IMG/VR virus record: IMGVR_UViG_3300027759_000087
Span: 901-64,900 of that record
DNA from: a virus
Lineage: Duplodnaviria; Caudoviricetes
Strand: one strand, 5' to 3'
DNA: 64,000 nt
The translations under genes were made by a program, and so were the position numbers. The number at the start of each line of letters is the position of its first letter. Position 1 is the stretch's first letter. Under the pieces are notes generated by a model. It worked only from the letters and a program-made list of their open reading frames with translations, had not been told where the DNA came from and did not search any database. This document shows, piece after piece, positions 48,314 through 58,310 of the stretch.

Positions 48314-50665
48314 GTGGCAAGCACAACGACAACAGCTAGTTCAGTAACATCCGGCGGAGTATTAACAGTTGCTTCGGTGTCTGGAATTACCACCAGACAA
48401 ACTGTACAATTAACAGGTACGACCTTTGGCGGACTTTTTGTAGCCCCAACTACCTATTATGTAATAGCTGTTGGTTCAAGCACTATTACTTTAAGTCTAA
48501 CTCCCTACGGTACAGCAATAGCTATTGCTGGCGGCAGTGGATCGTTAACAGTTAAAACTGGCCCAGCAGTTGGGCCAGGAGTAGATAATATTGTAAGTGC
48601 AGATGTCACCGGAGACTACAATACTATACAAGCTAAATTAGCCAAAGTATTAGGCCCTCCTACCGATAGTACACCTCGTTACGGATATAATCAATCAGTT
48701 ACTAGCAGTCAAGTAGCTGTTGGTAATAGAGTATATCTTAGCCATTGGACAACCTTGCGCTCAGATATGATTAGGGCACGTGGCCACCAATCTGGATCTG
48801 CATCAGAATCAAATAATATAAGTTTGCCAACTAGTCTAAGTTTAGTTTCAGAAGCTACACGTTCAGAATATCTTACCTATGCAAACTTAATTGACACGTA
48901 TCGAGATACGCTTGGCGACAATCAGTATGGCATAGAAACCATAATGACAGCCCAACGGATAGATGATTGGAATGGAAATATTGTCAGTACATTAAATGTA
49001 AATTTTGGAGATAATGCTACTATGCGGGCATTTTTTAATGCTGGCGGAGTTTTCAAATTTAATGTTAATATGACTGGAACTTTTAATACATTTAGTACAG
49101 TAAAAGACGGTACATGGGTAGAAATGTTTAGTCAAATGGGTACAATTACGTTTGACCGTGCTGGCACAAGATTAGATCAAGGAAGTACAGGAACAACTAC
49201 TAATATTGGATTTTTTAATTTAACTAATTCCTATCAAACTATTTTTACTAAATCTGCTCCTTCAGGAAATTACGCCAATAATAACTTTACAATTGTTGCG
49301 CTGGCAAATAGTGGTGTATTAACAATATCATTACAATACAATGATGGGTCCACAGGCGCAGGCGGATCTTATATTCAAGGCGGACAAACTGCTGGCCCTG
49401 GAAGCCAAGCTCAAACAATTCAAGGAGGCTTTACTCCTGGCGGTGTGGGTGACGAATACATTGACGGAATTATAACTCAAACTGCGGTAATTTGGCGTCC
49501 TAGCGGCAGTTATGTTAGTATAACGGCTCCAACAGTTACTTTAACAGGTGATTTTGTAAATGCCGGATCAGCAGTGTATGGTTTAAGTGCTAACAAATAT
49601 GCTGTAGATGAAGGCGCCGCGGTAACAGTTAAATTGCAAACACGAAATGTTGCCAACGGCACAGCCGTAACATACTACGTTGGCGGTTCAAAAAATTATA
49701 CAGTGAATGGCATTACCAACTCGCGTATTAGTTCAGGCGCTACAGATGGATTTTTTACAGTTAATAATAACGAAGCAACAGTTAGTTTTGTAATAGATAA
49801 CAATTTATATACTGATGGTTTAACGTCTATTACAGTGAATCTTTATAACGGACTAGCAAGTACTACAATTTTTATCAATGATACTTCTACTACTCCAATT
49901 AATAATCGATTTTATGATTTAATTGGTAATAACTCGTGGGTTGCACCGGCCGGGGTTAGAACTGCAAGTATATTAATAGTTGGCGGTGGTGGCGGTGGTG
50001 GCAATTTTGGCGGTGGTGGCGGTGGTGGTGGCCAAGCTAGAATTCTTACTACTAACATTGCACCTACAAATACATATCCGCTTTCAATAGGCGGTGGTGG
50101 TCCAAACAGTCAAAACGGCACAGCAAGTTATTTTAACGGCAATGCGGCACAAGGTGGAAGCCCGGGTGGTGCAGGAAGTTCAACAGGTCATGGCGGAACT
50201 CACTCAGGAGGCACTGGCGGAGCATCGGGCACTGGTCGAACTGGTGGAAGTGGTGCCGGTAGTACGGGCACAACTATGACACTGGGTGGTGGTGGTGGCG
50301 GTGGCTCAGTAGGTAACGGTTCCAACGGTTCAACAACCACTGGCGGCCGCGGTGGCGGCGGATTGGCATTTACATATTATGGGATTAATACCATCTATGT
50401 AGCAGGTGGCGGAGGTGGTGGTGGTACAGTAGGTTCAGACCCAACTGCATATCTATCTCCTGGATATTTTGGTGCTGGTGTGGGTGGCGGAATGGACACA
50501 CAAGGAAAAACTGCTCCTGGTTATGCAGGTGGCGGTGGCGGTGGCGGTGTAAGTTTAAGCCCAAATGCCCAAGTAGCCAATACTGCCGCGCAATCATCTG
50601 CATACTTAATCGGGCAAAATGGCGGCGCAGGCGGTCAAGGTTTTGTCTGGATATTCTGGCCATAA
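48314..50665 (+). CDS. virion fibre protein with a glycine-rich C-terminal domain
   Basis: Paralogous core (GYNQ, RAFFNAGG) followed by W.APAGV...LIVGGGGGGG and Gly-rich repeats ending GGQGFVWIFWP. Confidence 0.7.
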   Translation: MASTTTTASSVTSGGVLTVASVSGITTRQTVQLTGTTFGGLFVAPTTYYVIAVGSSTITLSLTPYGTAIAIAGGSGSLTVKTGPAVGPGVDNIVSADVTGDYNTIQAKLAKVLGPPTDSTPRYGYNQSVTSSQVAVGNRVYLSHWTTLRSDMIRARGHQSGSASESNNISLPTSLSLVSEATRSEYLTYANLIDTYRDTLGDNQYGIETIMTAQRIDDWNGNIVSTLNVNFGDNATMRAFFNAGGVFKFNVNMTGTFNTFSTVKDGTWVEMFSQMGTITFDRAGTRLDQGSTGTTTNIGFFNLTNSYQTIFTKSAPSGNYANNNFTIVALANSGVLTISLQYNDGSTGAGGSYIQGGQTAGPGSQAQTIQGGFTPGGVGDEYIDGIITQTAVIWRPSGSYVSITAPTVTLTGDFVNAGSAVYGLSANKYAVDEGAAVTVKLQTRNVANGTAVTYYVGGSKNYTVNGITNSRISSGATDGFFTVNNNEATVSFVIDNNLYTDGLTSITVNLYNGLASTTIFINDTSTTPINNRFYDLIGNNSWVAPAGVRTASILIVGGGGGGGNFGGGGGGGGQARILTTNIAPTNTYPLSIGGGGPNSQNGTASYFNGNAAQGGSPGGAGSSTGHGGTHSGGTGGASGTGRTGGSGAGSTGTTMTLGGGGGGGSVGNGSNGSTTTGGRGGGGLAFTYYGINTIYVAGGGGGGGTVGSDPTAYLSPGYFGAGVGGGMDTQGKTAPGYAGGGGGGGVSLSPNAQVANTAAQSSAYLIGQNGGAGGQGFVWIFWP

Positions 50666-50682
50666 AATAAAATTCTAAAGTA

Positions 50683-50711
50683 TTGACAAGATAACTACTA
50701 GAGTGTACACT
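50683..50711 (+). promoter_or_regulatory. sigma70-type promoter TTGACA-17-TACACT with extended TG
   Basis: -35 at 50683-50688, -10 at 50706-50711; GAGG SD before ATG 50732. Confidence 0.75.
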
Positions 50712-50731
50712 AAACACTCTCAGAGGTTATT

Positions 50732-51082
50732 ATGGACGAAAGAATTGAAAAAGCATTTGAAGTGGCAAATTACATGGCCACTCTTTCAAATCAAAGACGT
50801 GTTATTCTTGAAGAATACAATCAAAAACTAGTATACTATATTAGCGGAGCCACATTTCAAGTAGACTACAATCTAATTAACTTTGCTAAAAATTTAATAG
50901 ATCTTGGACATACTGAAGATGTTGCATTTGTTGATGCAAATAATCAGCCTGTGGTTATCAAAGATGTTCAAGATTTTCTTGACAATTTGTTATCTGTATA
51001 TTTTGAAGCAGTTAATGAATACCAAACAAAATTTGCAGATATCAAGAAAAAACGCAATGTAAAAGATCTAGTTGAACTATGA
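50732..51082 (+). CDS. hypothetical protein (116 aa)
   Basis: ORF with SD; overlaps the next gene by ATGA. Confidence 0.8.
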   Translation: MDERIEKAFEVANYMATLSNQRRVILEEYNQKLVYYISGATFQVDYNLINFAKNLIDLGHTEDVAFVDANNQPVVIKDVQDFLDNLLSVYFEAVNEYQTKFADIKKKRNVKDLVEL

Positions 51083-51927
51083 CAACAGGCGCTTTAATTT
51101 TTGCACAAAATACTGTTGGTGTTGATTATGTAAAATTAGCATTGTTTGCGGCTAAACAGATAAAAAAACATTTAAACATTCCTGTGAGTCTGGCTACTGA
51201 TAGTAGTGCATGGTTAAAATTTTATCCTGAACATACTGACATCTTTGATCAAATAATTCCTATAGTTGGCAATACTACCCAACAAAAAAAATTCTATGAC
51301 GGTACGTTAGCATATAAACTAACAGAATGGAAAAATTTAACTCGCAACCAAGCATATGATATTACTCCGTATGACCGTACACTAGTAATTGACAGCGACT
51401 ATATTATTAATAGTAACACGTTAGAAAAAGCATTAAAAAACGATTATAGTTTTCAAATATTTCGTAAAAGTTTTGATTTAGCCAGTTGGCGCGATGTTAG
51501 TCCGTTCAATCGCATTAATCAATACAGTGTACCTTTTTATTGGGGTACAGTTTTTATTTTTGAAAAGACAGCAAGTACTAGAAGTTTATTTGATTTAATT
51601 GAGTACATTAAACTTAATTGGGAATATTTTAGAATCATTTACAAAATTGACAGTAATACATTTCGCAACGATTTTGCTTTTAGCATTGCTATACATATTA
51701 TGAATGGCATGACAGAAGGCGATTTTGCACATGAATTACCAGGGCTAATGACCTATATATTAGATAGAGATATTATGGTTGATATGAAAGAAAACAAGAT
51801 GAAATTTCTTGTGGAAAAAGCACATTACCCAGGCGAGTATACTTTAGTAAGCACTAATGCAACAGACGTACACGTTATGAATAAACAAAGTTTAACACGA
51901 TATATCGACGGAGGTTACGGTGTCTAA
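51079..51927 (+). CDS. GT-A fold glycosyltransferase-like protein
   Basis: TPYDRTLVIDSDY (DxD), FRNDFAFSIA, HVMNK. Confidence 0.65.
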   Translation: MTTGALIFAQNTVGVDYVKLALFAAKQIKKHLNIPVSLATDSSAWLKFYPEHTDIFDQIIPIVGNTTQQKKFYDGTLAYKLTEWKNLTRNQAYDITPYDRTLVIDSDYIINSNTLEKALKNDYSFQIFRKSFDLASWRDVSPFNRINQYSVPFYWGTVFIFEKTASTRSLFDLIEYIKLNWEYFRIIYKIDSNTFRNDFAFSIAIHIMNGMTEGDFAHELPGLMTYILDRDIMVDMKENKMKFLVEKAHYPGEYTLVSTNATDVHVMNKQSLTRYIDGGYGV

Positions 51928-52753
51928 AGGTTATATAGTACTAGCACAAAATACCGCAGATGTTGATTATGTTAAACAAGCATACGCACTAGCATTAAGT
52001 ATTCAAGCTACACAATCAGAAACTGCAATTAGCATTATTACTAATGATAATGTACCAGAAGAATACCAAGATGTATTTGACCAAATTATTCCAATTCCAT
52101 GGACTGATGATAATGCGCCTAGTCGGTATGTAGCAGAACATAGATGGAAAATTTATCACGTAACTCCTTATGATGAAACTATTGTGTTAGATACAGACAT
52201 GATATTTTTGCAAGACATTAACAGTTGGTGGTGGTATTGTCAGGATCACGATTTACTATTTTGTACAAATGCACTTAATTATAAAGGCGATACAATTCAA
52301 AATAGTGTGTATAGAAAAACATTTATAGAAAACGATTTGCCTAGTCCGTATTTTGCATTACACTATTTTAAGAAATCAGAACGTGCAGAATACTTTTATA
52401 AAACATTAGAATTTGTAATTAATAATTGGGCGTGGTGTTATGGAAAACTGGCCAGCGAACATTATCAAAATTGGTTAAGCATGGACTTATCAGCCGCAAT
52501 TGCGCTGGAGTTATGCGGATATAGTAATTCGGCAGATGTGTGTAGTCCTTTAAAATTTGTACATATGAAATCAGGTGTACAAGGTTGGCACCCAGTACCT
52601 GCAAATTGGCGCCAAACTATTCCTTATTCTTTTACTAAAGAAGGAACTTTAACAGTTGGCAATATACGACAAAATTATCTATTTCACTATGTAGAAAAAG
52701 ATTTTATTGATTTAGATATAATAAACAAATTAAAAAGATTAGCAAATGGATGA
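51920..52753 (+). CDS. GT-A fold glycosyltransferase-like protein (paralogue of the previous gene)
   Basis: TPYDETIVLDTDM (DxD), FVHMK, FHYVEK. Confidence 0.65.
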   Translation: MSKGYIVLAQNTADVDYVKQAYALALSIQATQSETAISIITNDNVPEEYQDVFDQIIPIPWTDDNAPSRYVAEHRWKIYHVTPYDETIVLDTDMIFLQDINSWWWYCQDHDLLFCTNALNYKGDTIQNSVYRKTFIENDLPSPYFALHYFKKSERAEYFYKTLEFVINNWAWCYGKLASEHYQNWLSMDLSAAIALELCGYSNSADVCSPLKFVHMKSGVQGWHPVPANWRQTIPYSFTKEGTLTVGNIRQNYLFHYVEKDFIDLDIINKLKRLANG

Positions 52754-53351
52754 AGACGAATTCTTAACACCTGAACAGTTGGACGAAATTTTAAACACAA
52801 AATATGTGTTTGACTACTATGTGTATTTTGAAAAAGATACAGGACATATTATAGCATTATCAAATGAAAAACTAGTTTACGAAAACTTTATACAGATAGA
52901 TTTTAAAGAAATAGAACAATTCTTTAATAACAAAGAAAATTTTATTAATTTTAAAATTACTTTTGATCAAGATGGATCTGTGAAATTTGTAAACAGAAAT
53001 CAAAGTGAATTAAATTTTAAAAGTAACATAGTTGAAACAATACGGTTGAATGAAAACGACAATATTCTTACAGTAGAATGGTCTCCAAAAGGTTGGAAAT
53101 TTATTATGAATGATAGATTTTTACAGCACCCTCGAGCAAAAAGTTTAAATGCAAAATTATTTTTTTATATAACAACAGATAATAATATAAATTTTTTAAT
53201 ACGACAAATTGAAGTTCAGTTAAAAACATTAATTGGTAACGGCCACATAATTGTTCCATTTACTAGTGAAAAAGAAAAAACTATTGAAAATATATCTATG
53301 TTCACACTACCATTTTTTGAAAGTTACGGGATGAGAATTAAACATGATTAA
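52746..53351 (+). CDS. hypothetical protein (201 aa)
   Basis: ORF overlapping both neighbours in the glycosyltransferase cluster. Confidence 0.75.
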   Translation: MDEDEFLTPEQLDEILNTKYVFDYYVYFEKDTGHIIALSNEKLVYENFIQIDFKEIEQFFNNKENFINFKITFDQDGSVKFVNRNQSELNFKSNIVETIRLNENDNILTVEWSPKGWKFIMNDRFLQHPRAKSLNAKLFFYITTDNNINFLIRQIEVQLKTLIGNGHIIVPFTSEKEKTIENISMFTLPFFESYGMRIKHD

Positions 53352-54237
53352 AGTAATAGACCAAGACATTATTTTCCTCAGCTATGATGAACCAAACGCT
53401 GAAAAAAACTACGCTGACTTGCTGACAAAAGCACCTTGGGCAAAACGTGTACACGGAGTTAAAGGCAGTGACGCGGCACATAAAGCCTGCGCGGCTCTAA
53501 GCGAAACAGAATACTTTATTACTGTAGATGCTGATAACATTGTAGATCCAAAATTCCTTGAAGTTGAGGTAGATATAGACGCATTAGGATTAACACCTGA
53601 TCATGTGTTTAGCTGGTGCGGTCGAGTTCATGTTAACGGATTAGAATACGGCAACGGTGGACTAAAAATGTGGACACGTAAATTTGTTAACAATATGCGT
53701 ACACATGAAAACAGCGATCCTACAGATGTTAAAGGCTTAGTTGAATTTTGTTTTGATGACAAATATTATCAATTCAATGACAACTATAGCGAGAGTTTTA
53801 CTAATGCTACTCCTTTTCAAGCATGGCGAGCAGGCTTCCGTGAAGGTGTAAAGATGAGCTTAGACCAAGGAGCAAAAGTAAAAGATTTGCGTGGTATTTG
53901 GTGGCAAAATTATCAACGTTTATTAATTTGGTGTAATGTAGGTGCTGATGTAAAACACGGAGAATGGAGTATGTACGGTGCTAGAGAAGGTGCGTACAAA
54001 ACTAATTGCACAGATTGGGATTATGCTAATGTACGTGATTTTGATTGGCTTACAACTGAATGGGAAACCAAATACAGTAAAATTACTGATGAAATGTTGC
54101 CTTACGAAATAATGGGGTTGGGTGAAACACTTAAACATGAATGTAAATTGGAAGTGGGTGAAATGGATGCTACTGCCAGTGCGTTCTTCAAACGTGTGTA
54201 TGTTAATACTCCTAGAATTATAAAGAACCGTCAATAA
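53344..54237 (+). CDS. GT-A/GT2-like nucleotide-sugar-binding protein
   Basis: IIFLSYDE, AH...A, FITVDAD (DxD), NGLEYGNGGLK, WRAGFRE. Confidence 0.6.
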   Translation: MIKVIDQDIIFLSYDEPNAEKNYADLLTKAPWAKRVHGVKGSDAAHKACAALSETEYFITVDADNIVDPKFLEVEVDIDALGLTPDHVFSWCGRVHVNGLEYGNGGLKMWTRKFVNNMRTHENSDPTDVKGLVEFCFDDKYYQFNDNYSESFTNATPFQAWRAGFREGVKMSLDQGAKVKDLRGIWWQNYQRLLIWCNVGADVKHGEWSMYGAREGAYKTNCTDWDYANVRDFDWLTTEWETKYSKITDEMLPYEIMGLGETLKHECKLEVGEMDATASAFFKRVYVNTPRIIKNRQ

Positions 54238-54938
54238 TGTACGATATTGTCTTTATCAGCTATAACGAGCTTAACGCAGAAGAAAACTACAATAGACTGT
54301 CATCTAGGTTTTCACCACCCATTTTGAAGAGAATAACCGGGGTTGCAGGCATACACAACGCACATATTGCGGCCTCAAAAAAGGCTATGACTAAAATGTT
54401 TTGGGTAGTGGACGGAGACGCACAAGTGCTAGATACCTTTAATTTTGACTATCAAGTACCTAACAATGAATTGGATTATGTACACGTTTGGCGCAGTCAA
54501 AACCTAGTTAACGGGCTTGTATATGGCAATGGCGGAGTTAAACTATTACCACGAAAACTAACAATGAATATGGATACTAGTCGCATAGATATGACAACTA
54601 GCATTAGCACGTTGTTTAAGCCTATGCCTGAAATAGCCAACATTACAGCATTTAACACAGATCCATTTAGTACCTGGCGCAGTGCCTTTAGGGAATGTAC
54701 TAAGCTAGCCAGCAGTAGTATTGAACGACAAAACGATGTTGAGACACAACAAAGACTAGATACTTGGTGTACGCTTAACGATGGTGTACCTTATGGGTTT
54801 TATGCCTATTCAGGCGCACTCGCCGGCCGAGAGTACGGAGAAAAAAATGCCTCCAATAAGGAGGCACTATCTAAGATAAATGACTTTACTTGGCTAGAAG
54901 CTCTGTGGCTAGCGGAAAAATCTCAGCTATCACTTTAG
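54237..54938 (+). CDS. GT-A/GT2-like protein (paralogue of the previous gene)
   Basis: IVFISYNE, FWVVDGD, NGLVYGNGGVK, WRSAFRE. Confidence 0.6.
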   Translation: MYDIVFISYNELNAEENYNRLSSRFSPPILKRITGVAGIHNAHIAASKKAMTKMFWVVDGDAQVLDTFNFDYQVPNNELDYVHVWRSQNLVNGLVYGNGGVKLLPRKLTMNMDTSRIDMTTSISTLFKPMPEIANITAFNTDPFSTWRSAFRECTKLASSSIERQNDVETQQRLDTWCTLNDGVPYGFYAYSGALAGREYGEKNASNKEALSKINDFTWLEALWLAEKSQLSL

Positions 54939-55569
54939 CGCAAGCAATGGCAACTTCTTGGTGCTCTTTCTGTGTGCCATTAGCACTACGCAATTCAATG
55001 AAATGAATCCAACTACGTAGTGTACCATTCATATATAAACGACTTTCTATCATACCTTCAGGTAATACTGCACGAGCTTGTTCTTTAGCAATCCCGGCAT
55101 TAATAGCCCAAGTGTATGCTTCAATAGCGGCTAGTTTAACACGAGTCTGTGCGTTTGCCCAGTCCATTGCTAATTTACGTGATGTAGGATTATCTAGTAC
55201 AACTTCTATTGAGTTTTGTCTATTTTTGGGATCTTGTAACCGTGCTTCTCTAAGTACAAATGACAAGTCTTTAGTAGGATCAGCATATCGTTGACTGAAC
55301 TCTTGGAAACTGAAACTTCTGTGTCGCAAGATTTGCCGGGCAATATCTCTTGTTGTGGTAATTTCAATACAGGCACTGACCATTTCAAGTGGGCTCCAGT
55401 GTTGGTGTTTGACCAAGTACTTGATGAGTTTTTCTGATGTGTCTGTGTTGAGTTGATTGGAGGGATTGCTAACACGGGCGCAATACGCAATGAGTTCCTG
55501 TGCGTCTTGTAAGCCCATGCCTGCAAATTCTTCTGTGGGTTGACTGTAACTAAGTAATCGAACATTCAT
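54886..55569 (-). CDS. thyX: flavin-dependent thymidylate synthase
   Basis: ThyX motif RHRSFSFQEFSQRY; HWSPLE; EQARAVLP; TQKEH. Confidence 0.97.
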   Translation of the reverse strand: MNVRLLSYSQPTEEFAGMGLQDAQELIAYCARVSNPSNQLNTDTSEKLIKYLVKHQHWSPLEMVSACIEITTTRDIARQILRHRSFSFQEFSQRYADPTKDLSFVLREARLQDPKNRQNSIEVVLDNPTSRKLAMDWANAQTRVKLAAIEAYTWAINAGIAKEQARAVLPEGMIESRLYMNGTLRSWIHFIELRSANGTQKEHQEVAIACAKVIAEIFPLATELLAK

Positions 55570-55572
55570 GTA

Positions 55573-55893
55573 TTATAACTTCTTCTTTTTAAAAAATTGT
55601 TGTGTGCCTTTTTCAATATCTTTTTTAACACGGATTGTATCCAGTTTAAAATCGACATTATCTATGTTGTCTTCGTAGTTCTTTACCAACTCACTCAGTT
55701 GAGTTTCAAAGACAGTCCAACCTTCCTTACGGGCTTCGGCAGATATTTTTACTTCCCAAGTCTTGCCATCTTTGAAATTAATTAATACCGAATTAAGATA
55801 TTTTATGGGTAATACATTTAATTGTATTTCAGAAAATATTTCAGGCCAATGATCAATTACATCCTTGGGAAGGTTTTTCCCAGGTCTTGTCAC
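55573..55893 (-). CDS. hypothetical protein (106 aa)
   Basis: Tightly packed ORF in the - strand operon. Confidence 0.75.
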   Translation of the reverse strand: MTRPGKNLPKDVIDHWPEIFSEIQLNVLPIKYLNSVLINFKDGKTWEVKISAEARKEGWTVFETQLSELVKNYEDNIDNVDFKLDTIRVKKDIEKGTQQFFKKKKL

Positions 55894-56525
55894 TTAGCTT
55901 TCTTAGTCGGCGCTAATTCTTCAGCTTTACGGCGCATTTCGGCGGCTTGTTTAGCCAATCGATCTGCCTCGCTACGAAAACGTTTTGCTTGTGCTTCTGG
56001 GCTTTGATCAACAGTTTCTTCCATAGCGGCTGAACTAGAAGTTGTTTTACCAACATCAGCAGTTTCTTTAGCCATGTCGCTAACTGAACCAACTTCTTGT
56101 ACTTCGACCTTTTGCGATGGCTTAGGATCAGCCGCAACTCCAGATTTAAGTGCTAACGCATCGACAGCAACACCTTGTTGTTCAGCAATGATTTGATTTA
56201 ATTCACTTAGCTGGATACTAGTAGTTGAGTTTGGAAGCATTTCAATATTGTCAGTAGACACTTTGATCAAACGTCCTTGTGTATGCAAAGCGGCCAACAT
56301 AACACTTCCGTCCGGGAAATTACTACGAGCCATTACTTCACCAAATTCATTAGAACTTTGTCCACCTGAACTTTCAACTAAATTAATAATTGCATCGTGA
56401 TAGCTATCCGGTAAATTTTCGGTTGGCGCAATTAAGCAGTTGTAAGCATCGCCAGGTAGTGTACGAAACACTACAATACATTTTTTGCCGTTTGTTTTGA
56501 TACGGCCCACATGTTTCATTTCCAT
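55890..56525 (-). CDS. hypothetical protein with C-terminal coiled coil
   Basis: Start moved to ATG 56525 (AAGGA SD), which removes the overlap with the upstream gene. Confidence 0.75.
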   Translation of the reverse strand: MEMKHVGRIKTNGKKCIVVFRTLPGDAYNCLIAPTENLPDSYHDAIINLVESSGGQSSNEFGEVMARSNFPDGSVMLAALHTQGRLIKVSTDNIEMLPNSTTSIQLSELNQIIAEQQGVAVDALALKSGVAADPKPSQKVEVQEVGSVSDMAKETADVGKTTSSSAAMEETVDQSPEAQAKRFRSEADRLAKQAAEMRRKAEELAPTKKAK

Positions 56526-56529
56526 GATT

Positions 56530-56787
56530 TTATCCTTGTGTTGTTCCAGCACCAGCCGCTTTTTGGGCTTCCGCCTGTTTAGCTACTTGATCCAGAAAAA
56601 CTGTTAGTTTGTTATAAGTTTGGCCAACCATCATCATTTCTGCTGGCTTAAAAGCACCACGTGTACTAGCCACATCGATAATAGCTTTCATAGCACTCAA
56701 ATCCTGAATGTTTAAATCAGTACTTGGTGTTTGAGCTTCGGTAGCTTCAGTTACGGGTTCTTGTGTTTGTTCTACTTTATCAGTCAT
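56530..56787 (-). CDS. hypothetical protein (85 aa)
   Basis: AAGGAG SD; motif IIDVASTRGAFKPAEM..VG..YNKL. Confidence 0.8.
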   Translation of the reverse strand: MTDKVEQTQEPVTEATEAQTPSTDLNIQDLSAMKAIIDVASTRGAFKPAEMMMVGQTYNKLTVFLDQVAKQAEAQKAAGAGTTQG

Positions 56788-56834
56788 AATATCTCCTTAT
56801 TGAAAAAGCACAATATAATTTATCTATATAGAAT

Positions 56835-57107
56835 TCAAGTATAGGCAATCTTGAAAAAACTAAGTTCTTTCTCAACTTCAAATCCAATTCGTGTAATATA
56901 GACAATTGTATTAGTATGATCTAATGTTAGATCCTGTCCTATGTAATACCTCCCATTAAGATTCTGTCGAATCCATGAGTCTACTTCTTTAGTTAAATTT
57001 GGTGCAAATTTATCTAATACAGTATATTTAAAATGAGGGCAGGCAAATTCTACCCTCCGTAGACCAAAATAGTTTAGAGGGTTTGGTTTGCCTGCTTTTA
57101 ACGACAT
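56835..57107 (-). CDS. hypothetical protein (90 aa)
   Basis: TAATG coupling to the upstream vWA gene. Confidence 0.75.
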   Translation of the reverse strand: MSLKAGKPNPLNYFGLRRVEFACPHFKYTVLDKFAPNLTKEVDSWIRQNLNGRYYIGQDLTLDHTNTIVYITRIGFEVEKELSFFKIAYT

Positions 57108-58285
57108 TAATCTTTAAACTCGTAGTATGCGTGTTCGCCCCAAGGAGGAACAATTTTGTCATTACCGTGAATAATGAATACTGTATCGCAGTAGTTTTCA
57201 TCGCCCCATGAGCCGTATGGATAACCGTCTGTGAACATGATAAACTTTTTAGGTTGAATATCATTTTCTTTCATGTATTCCCAATTAGCCATAAACTCAG
57301 TACCGCCACCGCCCATTGGTTCGTATTCGTCAAACTCGTCCACGTTATAACTATTGTAATCTGCTTCGTTATAAACACGAGTATCAAAGCACCATACTTT
57401 GATTGTAAAGTCCTGATACTCTTGCATGATACCTTTAATTTCTGTTAAGAAATCTTTGGCTTGTTCGTCACCAATTGAACCAGACATATCAATGCCTACG
57501 CAAATATCAATTGTTTCTTTAAAGTTAGTACCTGGAAGGATAGCACCCATGTGCCAACCTTTACGGTTAGGACGCATAAAACTAAAGTCATCTTTAATGA
57601 CACTTTGAATTTGCTGACGAATAATCTCACGCCAATTCATTTTAGGCTCTGTAAGTTCTTTAATCATGCGTTGAACGTTAGCAGGAGTATTGCCCGCACC
57701 CGCGGCTTGCGCGGCCTGCATAGTTGCTTCGCGCATTTCATCACGAATCTTTTTCAATTCTTCTTTGCTGTAGCTAGGGCGATTGCCGTTAGAATCGCTT
57801 TCACCCCAATCAATATGATCGTCTAGCAACTGACCTAATGCGTCCAGTTCTTGTTCGTCCATTTCGTCAAAGATTTTATCGTAAACTTCTTCTGCACCCA
57901 TGCCGTAATATTTGGCATCGTGGAAGATTTTGATGCCTTCAATATTGTGTTCGCCAATACGGTCACGTACCAATTGTCCGTTTACACAATAATCAGCCGC
58001 GATGTTAAAAATCTTTGGATTACGTCCTTCACGGCGACCCATATGATCAAATACATTGTGTAGGATTTCGTGTGCAATAACAAATTCAATTTGTTTAATT
58101 GAAAGAGGCTCAAAGAATTTACGATTAAAGTAAATTGCTCGACCGTCTGTAGCCGCAGTATTACACCATTCTTCAGCTTCTTTAATTTGCAAACGGGTTG
58201 CTAAATTACCAAAGAATGGATGGCGAAGTAGTAGACCCACACGGGCTACAATAATTTTATCGATAATTGGATCTGTATGTGACAT
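57107..58285 (-). CDS. metallopeptidase-like plus vWA domain protein (DUF2201-type), partner of the AAA ATPase
   Basis: TAATDG, HEILH (HExxH), NIAADY..N, MIDAS DMSGS, GGGT, FTDGY. Start moved to ATG 58285 (AAGGAG SD). Confidence 0.88.
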   Translation of the reverse strand: MSHTDPIIDKIIVARVGLLLRHPFFGNLATRLQIKEAEEWCNTAATDGRAIYFNRKFFEPLSIKQIEFVIAHEILHNVFDHMGRREGRNPKIFNIAADYCVNGQLVRDRIGEHNIEGIKIFHDAKYYGMGAEEVYDKIFDEMDEQELDALGQLLDDHIDWGESDSNGNRPSYSKEELKKIRDEMREATMQAAQAAGAGNTPANVQRMIKELTEPKMNWREIIRQQIQSVIKDDFSFMRPNRKGWHMGAILPGTNFKETIDICVGIDMSGSIGDEQAKDFLTEIKGIMQEYQDFTIKVWCFDTRVYNEADYNSYNVDEFDEYEPMGGGGTEFMANWEYMKENDIQPKKFIMFTDGYPYGSWGDENYCDTVFIIHGNDKIVPPWGEHAYYEFKD

Positions 58286-58310
58286 GAATGCTCCTTTACT
58301 GTATGTATAT

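Noticed and set aside
49980-50550. GGT/GGC microsatellite or contingency locus
   Set aside because: It encodes the Gly-rich domain of the fibre protein with mixed synonymous codons.
39012-50665. Diversity-generating retroelement or invertible fibre cassette
   Set aside because: No reverse transcriptase or invertase gene, and no near-identical TR/VR pair or inverted cassette ends were seen in this window.
54886-54938. 53-bp convergent overlap of thyX and the last GT-like gene as a regulatory device
   Set aside because: The overlap is real, but short 3' overlaps are common at convergent junctions in compact phage genomes and nothing else supports a function.
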